Origin: Glaucostegus cemiculus | Taxonomy: Eukaryota | Length of the DNA stretch: 64,000 nt | Direction of reading: 5' to 3' | Assembly (NCBI GenBank): GCA_976551045.1 | Contig: CDPCPM010000147.1 | Span: 4,278,001-4,342,000, forward strand | Shown here: piece after piece, positions 1-12,120 of the stretch | Numbering within the stretch: the first letter of the stretch is position 1 | Layout: each line of letters opens with the position of its first letter | Translations under genes and position numbers: made by a program | Notes under the pieces: generated by a model | What the model was told of the DNA's origin: nothing | Seen by the model: only the letters and a program-made list of their open reading frames with translations | Database searches by the model: none

Positions 1-298
1 CTTGTTGGTGGTAGAACCAAATGCGCCGGATGGTTGAAGATACAGTCCAATAACAGCTGGGGCACGGTATGTGATGACTCCTGGGACTTGGCCGATGCCC
101 CTGTAGTCTACAGAGAGTTGGAATGTGGTACTGCTCGGTGGACTCCAGAAGCGGCCAAAATTACACAAAGTGCCGGAGATACCTTTTTGGATGAGGTCAA
201 ATGCACGGGAATTGAATCTTTTCTGTCGAGCTGTCGTTCCTCGCCATTCGGTCAACATGACTGTCAACACAAGGAAGACGTCTTTGTCATTTGTTCAG
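1..298 (+). pseudogene. Last (membrane-proximal) SRCR group B domain exon of a CD163/WC1-like receptor; 5' end lies outside the window; probably part of a pseudogene
   Basis: Frame 1 reads LVGGRTKCAGWLKIQSNNSWGTVCDDSWDLADAPVVYRELECG...FLDEVKCTGIESFLSSC...FGQHDCQHKEDVFVICS, then a phase-1 donor G|gtaggt at 298/299. Conserved C3 is replaced by Tyr (VVYRE), and CAGRLE has become CAGWLK. Confidence 0.92.
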
Positions 299-1043
299 GT
301 AGGTGTCGTTGGGCAGATGCAATTTTCCTGCAGCTGATTTGTGAAGAATGTAATTATAAACAACATAAAATAAAATCCTAAATAGATGAAGTTGCTGATG
401 TCTTTGCAATAATGTCCACAGATCCCGTTTCAAATGCCACTGGCTCCAAAGATTGAGGTATGCAATATTACAATATTTTGACTCTCAGAGTTCGAATCTA
501 TGTTTGAAATGTTGAGATTTGTTTGTTAGCATTTGGCAATTACTAAAGATATGCTAACACTATTGGGAATGTGTTGGTAAGCTGCCTAATTAAAACGTGG
601 AAGAATTTCCACTGCACTTTTGGGCAAGTATTTCTTATCTTAGATTGAGTGGTACTGATGAGTTCATATCCTGTGTCAGAACCAAGATAAGCTGTGACCT
701 GGAGAATGCTGACCACTCTTAAGGTCTTGCCTTGACAAAAGAGGTTTCATTGAGAAATAGTGTTTCTATTGGGTATTGCAGTTGGGAGACAAACGTGATG
801 CTGCCTGGTGAACCAGATATGGCTGTCTGGAACCAGCTCTGAACAATCTCAGCCATAGTTTGATGGCTCTAGACAGATATGATAACTGCATGCTTGGAAA
901 CTGCGTGTCAATGAAATCTAACGTTGTACATTGATCATCTTGCTCTCTAAAAAATCAATGCCTGCAATCCATGCTCGCTGCAAATGTTTTAAACTTCATC
1001 AGACTGCATCTCGTTTGAATTTATTCATGCATTTATATTATAG

Positions 1044-1160
1044 GCTTGGGAAAAGAGACCACCACCATCTTGGTTGCTGCCTGTATAACCCTTGGAATCC
1101 TCCTCGTCGGTGAGTTGTTCACACTGATGACGATAATACGAAGACGGTCAGCAAGAAGAG
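1044..1160 (+). pseudogene. Transmembrane exon of the SRCR receptor
   Basis: Acceptor ttatag|, donor |gtgagg, 117 nt, phase 1-1. Encodes GLGKETTT-ILVAACITLGILLVGELFTLMTII-RRRSARR: hydrophobic span followed by a basic stop-transfer cluster. Confidence 0.88.
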
Positions 1161-1968
1161 GTGAGGTTCAATTTTTATGTTGAATTATTATTCCGGATAA
1201 TATTTCATAACTTAGCAAGACTGATGTTCCCTTCAGTTTCTGAAAAGTAGTTTTGCAGGAGTGGAATGTATGTATTTTTTACCATTTAAGCGGTAGCTGG
1301 TTTGAATTCCCGGACAAGTTTACAGGATAGACTTTCATTATAGATCAACTGAGCCGATGCATCCGGTTCTATTGGAATTCTCCTTTTGTAGCCTGACTGT
1401 TCTTCAGACTGTCATTCAATATCTGGATCACTTCAGTTTCCTGGATTCGCTGCAGAACTTCGAACATTTTGATGAGAGTATTCATCACATTGTGGGCAGG
1501 CGCTTTGCTCACGTTTTATGAACATGGAATTCCTTATTCTACTTCTCTATACAATTGTTTGACGGAAAGCTGTCCTTCTCTGCCAATTCGTCAGTTGACA
1601 AATTGTCATCTCCTCATGATCCGCTGCTAGACTGATGCAGTCCACACGTATCTAGTAATGCTAGCCACCTTCTCATCAGATGAACTGCGGTATTTCACCG
1701 TGCCAGTTCGCAATCAGGAACTTTTTCATTTTGATACACCCTACATTCGATCTTTGTGATATTATATTCATGTTAATGTATAATGTCATATCTTTGCTAA
1801 TATAACCAACCGGTATCTGCAGGGAGAAATTAATCCATACAGAGGGATTCCTAGCTTACCAACACTAGTTCATAAGTGTTTTCGCATTTTGCATTTTAAT
1901 CATAAAGGGATAGCAGTTCTATTCTAAACTTGTACACCAATATGTTAATCCAACTCTCTCTTCACCAG

Positions 1969-2072
1969 GTGCTCTGATGAGAGGCAGGGAGTCACCAGTT
2001 GGCTTTTTACCAAGCAATTTATGAAGAGATTGAGAATACTCCTCGGCGGAAAACGTTCGACCAGAAACATTT
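1969..2072 (+). pseudogene. First cytoplasmic exon (YQAIYEEI motif), frameshifted and interrupted at its 3' end
   Basis: Acceptor ctctcttcaccag|. The entry frame GALMRGRESPVGF hits TGA at 2022-2024. Removing one T from the T5 run (2004-2008) gives FYQAIYEEIENTPRRKTFDQKH. The sequence then runs into LTR-derived DNA. Confidence 0.8.
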
Positions 2073-3152
2073 GGATTTCGTGATTCCTCTCTAATCTCTC
2101 TCTATATCTATGTTTTGTCTTCGGTGGACAGTGCTTGTGAAGAAGCCTTTATTCGTGTCATCTTACGGCTTATTGAACTGAACTTTAAGAACTAATTCCT
2201 GGACTTGGAGTTTAGGAACTTGCCGCACACACATGACGAGTAGTTTTGGGGTTATAGTTTTGGGGTTAAGATTCTAACATTATATTGTGTACTAATATAC
2301 CAACTTTTTATTTAGGTATGCAGCTATTTCAGCTGGTACACATCTTTTAAAGTCTTCTATTAAAACTAATTCTGTCAATTTCTTATAATCATCAACTACA
2401 TCTTTCGCCATACACCATCGTTCAAAACATATTCTCTTTCCATTGGCAAACTCCATGTATGTTTGAACTGAAGTTTTCTTCAAGTCTCTAAACTTTTGTC
2501 TGTACGCTTCTGGTACCAACTCATACACTTTCAAGATTGCTTGTTTTACCTTTTCATAATCAGCTGCCTCCTCCACAGACAAAGCAGAATAAGCTTTTTG
2601 AGCTTTGCCTTTAATCACACTCTGTAACATAAGAGCCCATCTCCTTTTTTGCCAATTTAGACTCGTAGCAACCTTTTCAAAATGTTGGAAATACTTTTCA
2701 ACCTGATCTTCATCAAAAGGAGGGACTAATCTAACCTCCCTACTGGCTGAAAACTCATCATCAGAATCAGAATCTGAACTCTTTCTCTGCATTCTTAACT
2801 GATGTTTCCTTTGTTCCTCCCTCTCTTTATTTTCCGGGTTTAATAACTTGACAACAGGCAGTTAGCACAACTCCCTTTTCTTGTTTTTTCTTCAAAACAG
2901 AACAGTCAAATTTCATATGACCAGGCTTCTTTCAGTAATAACAAAGACGCTCAACTGGTTTCTCCAGCACTGGCTTCTTGTCATCCTTCCCTTTCGGATT
3001 ATCTCCCAATTTAATCTCTGGTTTACCTGGATTGTCTCTGTAACTCCTTTGAAAGGTTTTAGTTTGTCCCCATCTATATTTATGGGTTAAAGCATAATCA
3101 TCTGCCAACCAAGCAGTTTCTTGTAAAGTGTCCACATTCTTTTCATTTAGGT
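2066..3152. mobile_element. Rearranged three-segment fragment of the Gmr1-like LTR family: internal LTR piece plus two gag pieces in permuted order
   Basis: 2066-2312 is the reverse complement of LTR positions ~10944-11187. 2310-2835 matches gag ~14604-15129 and 2830-3152 matches gag ~14289-14611 (ORFs 2292..2792 and 2932..3171). Confidence 0.92.
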
Positions 3153-4184
3153 GTGTATTCGCACAGGGCATCCACTCATCAACGGATATTTTTTTCCTCC
3201 AACCAGTGACGGTATTAGTTGTCGATAAACATTAATAAAATTTACTTTGTTGCAGTAAAACACGTAATCAGCGGAAACAAGAAATGGAACAACAGCTGTG
3301 TATAGGAAAGCAATGTTTCATGTCAAAGATATTTAATCAGAACTTGGAAATGTGAAAAGTTAGAATCGCTTGTTACAGCAGAAAATTGGGCAGTATGGAC
3401 AGAGTAGAGATGGCATGTGGTACAGTGGAGAAGAGGAGAGAATGAACGACACCGACGTTGCCCTCCAGCCGTTGAAAAACCTTCACCACACTCTGCCACT
3501 TAGTGTCATTCCTACCTCTGGCTCTCCACCATATTAGATACATCCCTTGCCTTCTCTCCCTCGTCCACCTCATCTATTCTCTGCAATTTCAAACTGCCTT
3601 TATTCCAATCTGTTCTGACACCCATGAAATAAAATCATCTCCAACTCTCTGATCCTCAACATATGCTGCCTGAAATTTTGATGACTTCCAGTTAAATTGT
3701 TTGTTTTATTTGTGCTTAATATATCTGCTGAATACGAACAGAGCTCAGAAAATCTTCTGATGTGAATAATTGCTATTAGAATGTTTATCTCTATATCTAT
3801 ATCTACCTTCGTATGTGAAATGGATTTGCGATTATTTTCAGTGTTTCAAAAAGCCGCATGAATTAGCTCACGTGCTTTAAAATAACCAATATTTCAGTAT
3901 TGTTCTTCCTTAGGCTCCAGCATTCCGATAGTAGTTTTCTGAGCCCGAGGCCAATAAGATCATCACTAGAATGGATTTCGTTTACACATTTCAATTGCTT
4001 TATTAACGGATCGCTACGGCGGATCTTCAACTTGAATCAACCTGGTCCTTGCATTGTAAAACATTCCACAAAACGATGGTTTGAAGTACCTACAATATTG
4101 TTAATGAGATGATGCAGCAATTATGAGTTCTGCAAGAAGGTCAAATTAATTTCTCCATCACCGATATCTTTCATTCACTTCTAG

Positions 4185-4295
4185 CCTCTGGTTCCATTGA
4201 TTCCATCAATCAAATCGACTATTACACCAGCGGCCCGTTCAATGGCACTGTTCTTGGACCAGAATGCCCTGAAGGAAACTCATCAAGTTTTCTCG
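4185..4295 (+). pseudogene. Cytoplasmic-tail exon of the SRCR receptor
   Basis: Acceptor ttcacttctag|, donor G|gttggt, 111 nt, phase 1-1, open: ASGSIDSINQIDYYTSGPFNGTVLGPECPEGNSSSFL. Confidence 0.7.
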
Positions 4296-4735
4296 GTTGG
4301 TGTATTTTTTAACCATTTTCTCCGACTTTAATTCATGCTGTCCGTGTTCAAATCCTGACAAAGAATTGTGTCCCGTCATCTACGCCATAAAATTACATCA
4401 GAGCACATGGCTTTGTGAGGGATGGGCATAACAAGAAACATGTGATACAGTATAAAATTGGGGGTGGGGGGGAATCTCTCGTCTGCAGCCAGTTCTGTAA
4501 TTGGATGAAACATTCTTGTTTTTCGTTTGGTTTTGCTGATTCTGGAGTGTGGGTCTTGAAATATGAAATGAGTACACGGGTTTGGTGCGTGATTAAGTAA
4601 TCCATATCCATGGTACGGATAAACATCTGCACGCCATCAGAATATCTGTCACAAAAACAAAGTCTCTTAACCGGCGGAGCTTGCTGCAGAACGTTTGTTC
4701 GGAAGAACAACATTCTTATTCATATTTCTTCCCAG

Positions 4736-4866
4736 ATCTACTTGCTACCGATCATGCCGGCGTTGACAGAAAAATCCTTGATTCTCTCGATGCTCCGGTC
4801 CTGAAGAACACTGGCACCGATGATCTTTTGATGCACAAAGTTGCCCGTGGTGATCTCGAAATGACG
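4736..4866 (+). pseudogene. Probable further cytoplasmic exon
   Basis: Acceptor tttcttcccag|, in phase with the previous exon: DLLATDHAGVDRKILDSLDAPVLKNTGTDDLLMHKVARGDLEMT. Candidate donors after 4849 (gtgatc) or 4866 (gtgagt). Confidence 0.5.
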
Positions 4867-5195
4867 GTGAGTTCTTTCTCTTCCTCACCTCAGGACCCAT
4901 GCTCTGTATGGCAACTAATTGCACACTTTGTGTTTTTTTTGCACCGATTTATTTTCCGTGTTTACAGTGTTGTTTCTTGTAAAACATGTCCTGGTACAGT
5001 GGCCCAGGAGCAGTTCTGCGCTCATGCGTACAAGGTTTCCTTCCCAAGTGTTATGGAAACCACGTAATTAACTGCTATCAAATGTTCTAAATATTTTCTT
5101 TTATCCACATCGTTATAAACCTGCACGGGAACGACGGTGAAAGCAAAACAAAACAAAATCACATTACGTATCACCAACAACGCATCCTTTCACAG

Positions 5196-5473
5196 AGATG
5201 AATTGCATTGAATCCGTACTAATGCAAAACTGTCATTCTTCAATTGTTTGTTCATCCACGCCGCGCGATGCTGTCACAAATGCATTGAAGTTGGTGTCAT
5301 TCACTTTCACTGTCACAGAATCGAGTTCGCAGACTCTCAAGAATCCTGCTTCCCCGGCTCCCTGCTCTGCAAACAACAATGATGCATTGCACGGCGCCAC
5401 TGTCACAAACACAGCCTTTTCAGCGCCCAGATGCGTCGATGGTTCGTTCCCATACTTCACGTCATCACCATGA
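5196..5473 (+). pseudogene. Possible terminal coding exon (Ser/Thr-rich tail)
   Basis: The acceptor tcctttcacag(ag) directly precedes ORF 5198..5473 and is frame-compatible with either donor of the upstream exon. No recognisable motif. Confidence 0.35.
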
Positions 5474-5715
5474 CGTCGGTATGAAAACCGTTCCTTGTAT
5501 GCTGCCACTCATTGTATCTCCTCATCGGTGATGTGAGGTTTGGTAGTTTTTCAGTGTTTGGGTGGACGTTCCTGCAGAGCAATGAATACGATGTTGAAAT
5601 ATTAGTGATTCTGAATCGAAATAAACTCATTACGGATAACAATCTATATATTTGTTTGAAGTAAAAGTACATATTAAGTATGTATTCTTTCTTGGCGCGT
5701 AGTATTTATTTATAT

Positions 5716-6274
5716 CAGTGGTTTCCAACCTTTTTCATGCTGCGAACCCCCAGAACATGTCCTTGTTATGTGGCGGACCCCCTAATACCACAAAATCAAA
5801 CAATCGATAAATCATGCATACAACACTTAAATTACTGCACAGAGGCATCATTGAAATAGTGACTAAAATTTACACCCTTGCACACACACTTTTCGATTAA
5901 CAGTAACGTCACTGTGGCGTAAGTGCACAGTAAGTAAGCAATCTTATTAAGACACACCAACAACGTCACTCAATCTCGCTAATCCTACAGTGCACAACAG
6001 AACAGTATTGAGTAGTGAACACTACTGACTACTCTGACTATTAAACGGCAGCTTACCAGAAGGGAACACAGTCTAAGCCTCTAAGATTGTCACCTATAAC
6101 AGATAGAATAGCTATGTCCGAGTTTCTGAATAGTGGCAAACTGGAGCAAGCAAATAAGCTCCGTCTTGGTAACAGGTCGCTTTTCAATTTTTTTTTTCTT
6201 GAATTGCTCGTGGACCCTCTGGCAACCCGCTGCGGACACCCAGGGGTCCACGGACCACAGGTTGAAAACCTCTG
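5716..6274. mobile_element. Non-autonomous hAT/Charlie-like DNA transposon (MITE)
   Basis: TIRs CAGTGGTTTCCAACC ... GGTTGAAAACCTCTG with gaaccc/ggggtcc subterminal motifs. The left flank atttatat fits the Charlie-type 8-bp TSD; the right flank atttcatt is degenerate. Confidence 0.75.
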
Positions 6275-7439
6275 ATTTCATTGCTGATACCAGTACTTCT
6301 GATGCGATTATACTGATCATTTGCAATTTGACATTGAAATGAATGGACAGAAATAATATCCTGCACACTGTTTGTATTTCATATCAACATTCATTTCTCT
6401 GGGATAATGTATTAATATTAATTTGTTTCACAGGTAAAATTTGAATAAAGCCCAAGATCACAGCTTTCAACTCGAGTAATGAAGTGATGGTAAATGTCCC
6501 GAATTACACCGGGTATGATAATCCTATCATCTGTCCAGAAAGACGAACATGCAGATATTCACGTTTTTAGTTTCACCAGCCCTATCATTACTCGCAGACA
6601 AGTTGATTTGTGTTCAAAAACTTGCAAGAAATCTTCTTTATTCTTCTGAACCGCACATGTACCGATGAGAAAAGAAAACAAGGATATTCTTTTGTTGTTT
6701 TGATATTTAATATCTTTTTAATATTCTGTGTAGATGCTTAAGATATCGTGGAATTCAAATGAAGGTATTTTCGGTTGTATCATGGTTTACTTTGCTATGG
6801 TTATCGCGAGTAACTGTTTCATTCTGATCTTGCTCAGTCTAATTATCCAGCAAACAGAATAAATGCTTCTCATGCATGGAATTTGATTTTGAAGTGTTCT
6901 TATCTTGTCGGAAAACGCATGCCGAACCCAGAGACACAAGAACAGCAACCAAAACCCACAGATTGCTCATGATTTCAAAAGAAGAGCAAGAGAAACAGAG
7001 CAGAATTTCGTGACCTTAGCTTTAATTCTGAAGTTTTAATGAGGAACAGATAATAAATGTTCATAATCAGGTTTAGAAATGTGCCTTCGATGATGCGCCA
7101 GAAAGAACTACTACTTGTCTTATCGTGAAGGAGTCTTTTTTTAAAGCCAATTTCCATCACCAGATGTAGACAAGATCGTGACTGAAATTAGGAATTCGGG
7201 TAAACGCTGTTCTGTCATATCACAGGGAAACATAATTAACTATTAGATCAATATATATGTTTTGAAATGTGAAGAAGTAAGATAATTTCAACGATTTGGA
7301 CTACAGTGGAAAGTAAAATGTGCAAACTGAGATAGGTCATTGTATTATTAAGATATTTTTATGTATAGGATTCGGGATTGAATAATTTTCTCCTCTACTT
7401 TGGTGTCTTCCGTTGGTTTTCTCTTACTCGCTTTGAGAT

Positions 7440-10403
7440 TATGAAACCTGAGAAGCCGGGCTTCATTATTGTTAATAGGCAATTCTAGTGCAAGAGAAAC
7501 AACGACGATGACATCCGACGCACAGAACTTTGCCGTTGAAGATATCAACATATCCTTTCCCTAGTTTCTCAACGATTTTTCTCAAATTACTGTGTATAAG
7601 CTCCAGTAAATCATCACTGTTGCTCCTTCGTCTGCCAACCCTTCCAAAGCTTATGTGTTCCCATCAGATGAAATATTGCACTCACCACTACACATCTGCA
7701 ACCGCAGTATAATTTCTTACGATTCCATTACACTTTTAATGCATTCTCCCAACTTTATCAAAACCCATGTCTATCACAACAAGTACATCGCGTTACATCG
7801 CTCACTCGAGTTGCAGACATTCTCCATAATTATTAAGTGCAGGCCTCCCAATACTCTCTGTACTTCAAGTTCCAAGGAACTTGCGTCGAAATCTTTTGAT
7901 TGCGATCAAACATCTTTGTCAACATCCAAAAATCCCAAGAACGGCTCAAAGGCAGATTCACGTTCGCAAACCCTTCCATGGTGCTGGTTATGAAATCATG
8001 GTAAATGTGTGATTAAATGAGTCACTTTATTAGCAAATCAGGTTTGACCGTTGTCCCACCCGAGCTACACCCCCACCCACATGCCCGAACCTCATTTTCT
8101 TTCCTTTAAAGTCCTGACTCAGTTGGCGTTTAACAATCGCATATTAATCCGCCAATGATACGCCAAGTGGCAAATCATTTCAGTACTTAACAATCAGGGA
8201 TGAAAATAAGTCTGAAAATATCGATTCAGATGCAGGAAATCTGCGATGAGAAATGTTCACAGAGCCCTTCTGAGAGTCATTATTAAACATCCACCAACAA
8301 TCCATTCAGAGAGTGAATTGAAGATCATATCACTTATCTGAGTTAATAAAAGGATGATCTCCCTTCTGGTTGTATAGGAATCTCTGGCCTCTGTTTACCA
8401 AACTCCCCGGCAACAGTTAATTCCTAACTTTCCGAACAGCCTTAATCATTTCCAGCATCTTCTCACAGACATTTGGCCTTTTGCTGCCACTGCTGTCTTG
8501 GTGAAGCCATGTCTGTACACACACAGTTCCATTCCTTGTAACTGCACGAACATTTGCTTCCTGTGCAACATGTGAGGAATAATTTTAGCCGAAATAAATA
8601 TTCCTGGACTTGAACGTATCCATTTCAAGCCGGATCGCGCTCAGCGAATAATACTGGTACATTCTCCCTCTGGCGTGGCTGGATGAATGCTGCCTTCCCG
8701 ATCCCTTGTCAGCCAAACCTGGCATGGAACAGGAAGACGCATTCATTTGAATGGAATTGTCGGGTTACCTATGTGTAATGATTTTAGTTGCTTGGTCATG
8801 TGCTGACATGTTGCTTTTATTTGGTAATAAAATACTTTATTAATTTTATTAAAACACATTGAAATGATTTCAATCATATTTAATTGTTCATTTAAGTCCG
8901 ACTCACTGAAAGCAGTAAGATTCAAAAATTGATTTCAGACCGAGCGGAGGTCAAAATCTGCCAATTCAGCATCGACACTGGTCAAAGGTTGTTTCAGTTC
9001 TCTGGGGCGAACATTGAGCACAGCTGATTAATAAGGCCATGATACATATCTGAGCTGTCCCTCAAATGCAGACGATGAGTTGGATTTGCCGCGTCATGCG
9101 GCCCAAGTGGGAGCAATTGCAAACGATCTGTTAACTGTGAAGTAAAGCTCGATTAACGTGAACTGCTTCAGTCTTAGGAAGAACACTGCACGTTCTGCGG
9201 ATAAATACTTGAACGACGCACAATCATGGTCATTATAGGTTATGATCTCTCCCTGGTCATGATTCAGATTTTGCAACCTTCCAGGGAATGAACAAGCCTG
9301 ATATATTAGTAGCCATTATATAGTTCAACCCCATGATTGCTGTATTGCTGTCAACCATCGGCAATGCTGTTCCCATTCTATGACATCAATTGTTCAACCA
9401 AAATAGGTTATTATAAAACCATAAAAGTCCAAAACATCTCAAGAAATCTTTCTCTTTATTTTCCCAACCTGATCGATCTTTCCTTCCTTACAGCTCGGTA
9501 TTAAACAGATGAAAGACATGGGGCTCCATTTACTGTTTGAGCATTCTGCTGAAGGCCGCCCAACTGAGAGTCATTTTCCGGTGTTAGTGTATGTGGATGT
9601 CGCAGCAAGCTACTGTTAAGGGAGAACAATACCTATGGGGTGGTGGAGACAACCAAACAACAATATCTGACAAGCCATTAAAATTATTCTTGAAAGACTG
9701 TATTCAAATAAACGGAGGATCATACACATATGGACTTAGGCATGTTGCTCTGTTACATTTCAGCGGCTGAGAGGTCAGGTGTTTCTGAAGTAATTCCAAT
9801 GCTGGTGCAAGGTTAGTCAAATTCAAAGTGACATTAGTTGGATTAGCACATTATTTATCCACTCACTCATTCACAAAGTAATGGGACCGTGTTGCAAATC
9901 CTACGGAGGGGATGGAAGATGGATTCAAAGGCACTTCAAATCAACAATGCAAGGCAGATGCTAAAATCAAAATTAGAATTGCAAAAGGCAACGGATACCA
10001 TTCCATGGAAACATGGACTGACTTAAGGAAGCAAATAACGATCAAAATCCTTGATAGATATGAGCCGCAAATCTAGTAAATCAAGTTATATTGATTTCGA
10101 TGGACACAGTATTGCAGAGAGTTAAACAAATGCGGACGTCAAGGTGGCATATTTGGAAACCAGGCCGCTGCTAGTTAATAGCATGAACACGCAGACTGCA
10201 GAAACAGAACAGGTCAGGATGATTTAGCCACTATTTCGTCGAAGAAAACAGGGAATTTAAACATTGCAATATAGAAAATGGTGCGACGTAAGATGGACAG
10301 ATTCCAGATGTTCTTTTGTGTTATGATTGTTTGCACTCTTGCCATTAGCGTGGAGAGTATTTTCTCTTGTGATTAGATGTTTTGTCCTGTCCGGTCTATA
10401 CAG
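7440..10403 (+). pseudogene. Cluster of heavily decayed SRCR exons (remnant block A)
   Basis: Fragmentary SRCR motifs across frameshifts: VYHN...KCR (~7770-7845), L.RIH(F) and SQTW (8605-8725), FK*TE..IWT (9700-9740). Exon-sized segments with + strand splice signals: tttcag|8939-9238|gt, 9494-9811|gttagt, donor cag|gtaaaa at 10403. Aligns with 32.9-34.4 kb. Confidence 0.55.
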
Positions 10404-10847
10404 GTAAAATTAATTAGTACTAATGGAACAATCCTCTATTTTTGCAGAAGGAAGGGTCCATTCCGGGATATTTGCAGAGAGTGGTATGGTTTAGAGAAGG
10501 ATTTTACTAGTTGTGTTTGTTTCCATTCTCTAAGAGTATGAGAGTTGATTATTGCCCATCCAGTAAGTATTCTCTTGACTTTTATACATGGACAATATTT
10601 AAAGTGGCCGGAACTTGGTGAGTGCAATCCTATCTTATTGCTCTTATTTTCACTCTCCCAAAAGGAACACAATGCATGTGATCCGAAAAAGCAAGTGTTA
10701 GGTTCTTGTGAAATAACTTTCCTTCAGTAAACTGCCAATGGAATTTTTTTTCCAAATCTGGGTTTAGAATCATGAGATTAATGAGACAAAGTTAGTAGAG
10801 GGTCATAACAGTTGCTTGACCATCTAGTTTGTACCTTTCAGTGCCAG

Positions 10848-11681
10848 TGTTACGAAACCAGCAACAAAAGAAGCACACTAAGTCATACTTCAGTGTTAAA
10901 ACTACTTTATTAATAACTACATCTGATAATACGTAAAATAAGAATAAAAAGTTAGTATATTAGTACAAAACTAAATATTAGAATCTTAAACTATAACCCC
11001 AAAACTACTCGTCGTGTGTGTGCGTCAAATTCCTAAACTCCCAAGTCCAGGAATTAGTTCTTCAAGTTCAGTTCAGTAAGCCGTACGGTGAAACACGAAA
11101 AAAAAGGCTTCTTCACAAGCACCGTCCACCGAAGACAAAACATAGATATAGAGAGAGATTAGAGAGGAATCACGAAATCCAAATGTTCCACTCGAAACTC
11201 AAACGACACTTCAGGGCTTACTCAGTAGTGACTTTCTCACCCTGAAAACTCCTTAATCGTGACTGTCCATGCAAATACCTGTGTTCTTCTACAGGTTAGC
11301 AGCAAAGTGAATTCCGTCACTTTGTTCCACAGTATCTGCCACTCTGAAGAGCATCCAAAATGTGGTTGTTCACGCAAACACCTGTGTCCTTCTACAGGTT
11401 ACCGACAAAGTGAACTCCACTGGACTACTCCAGAAATCCATCCACGGATTTTAGTGACAAACACAGTTACTGTCCTTCATCCAATGACAGAAACAAAACA
11501 AACTGCCTTCTCTCCTTCTTCTCTCTTTCCGTCTGTCTGTCTGTCTCTCTCTCTCTTATCTTTTTCTTTCTTGCAGTGACCTCATCACGTTAGTCCCATC
11601 TTCTGCTGATGCAACACGTTGCACACACACACAATGTCCCATCTTAAAGGGATATTTGCCTAAGTAAGCTACTTCGTAACA
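10848..11681 (-). repeat. 3' LTR
   Basis: Near-identical to 15730-16563 (two substitutions noticed). Preceded on the - strand by the purine tract TGGGAGG (11682-11688). Confidence 0.97.
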
Positions 11682-11808
11682 CCTCCCACACAAACAGAAT
11701 TTTTTTTTCCAAAAAAAATTATTACCCGCGCATATAGTTAATGATGTTAGTAGTTATCATCCTACATAATAACAGTATATCAGATTAGTAACGATATAGG
11801 TCTTTCGT

Positions 11809-12120
11809 TTAACATCGAGAAAGGCAATCAGCAATTACATTATCTTTGCCTTTAATGTGAATTATCGTGAGATCAAATTCTTGCAGAATTAAACTCCAGT
11901 TTAACAGCCGTCTGTTTTTGTTTTTCACTCGGCTCAGAAACACCAACGGATTATGATCTGTGTATATAATCAACGGTTTCTGAGTTGGGCAAACATACAC
12001 ATTGAAATGTTGTAAGGCTAAAATAAGTGAAAGCAATTCTTTCTCTATCGTAGAGCAATTTTTCTGATGCTCATTAAACTTCTTCGAAAAGTAAGCTACA
12101 GGGTGGTCAATATCATCAAG
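11809..12120 (-). pseudogene. Out-of-frame C-terminal part of RNase H
   Basis: LDDIDHPVAYFSKKFNEHQKNCSTIEKELLSLILALQHF...YTDHNPL...NVIADCLSR. The tether and DAS motif are missing at the junction near 12121-12126. Confidence 0.88.

Noticed and set aside
9494-9811. Immunoglobulin-domain reading of the decayed exons (WWRQP, DLGMLLC, GIYCG)
   Set aside because: The motifs fall in different frames, and SRCR motifs (LCND, IWT/TEEF, IHC) plus the genomic context explain the segments better. Not fully excluded without a profile search.
11018-11579. ORFs repeated at 11018/11259, 15900/16141 and 40300
   Set aside because: They lie inside the LTRs on the antisense strand; the repetition only reflects LTR duplication and there is no protein motif.
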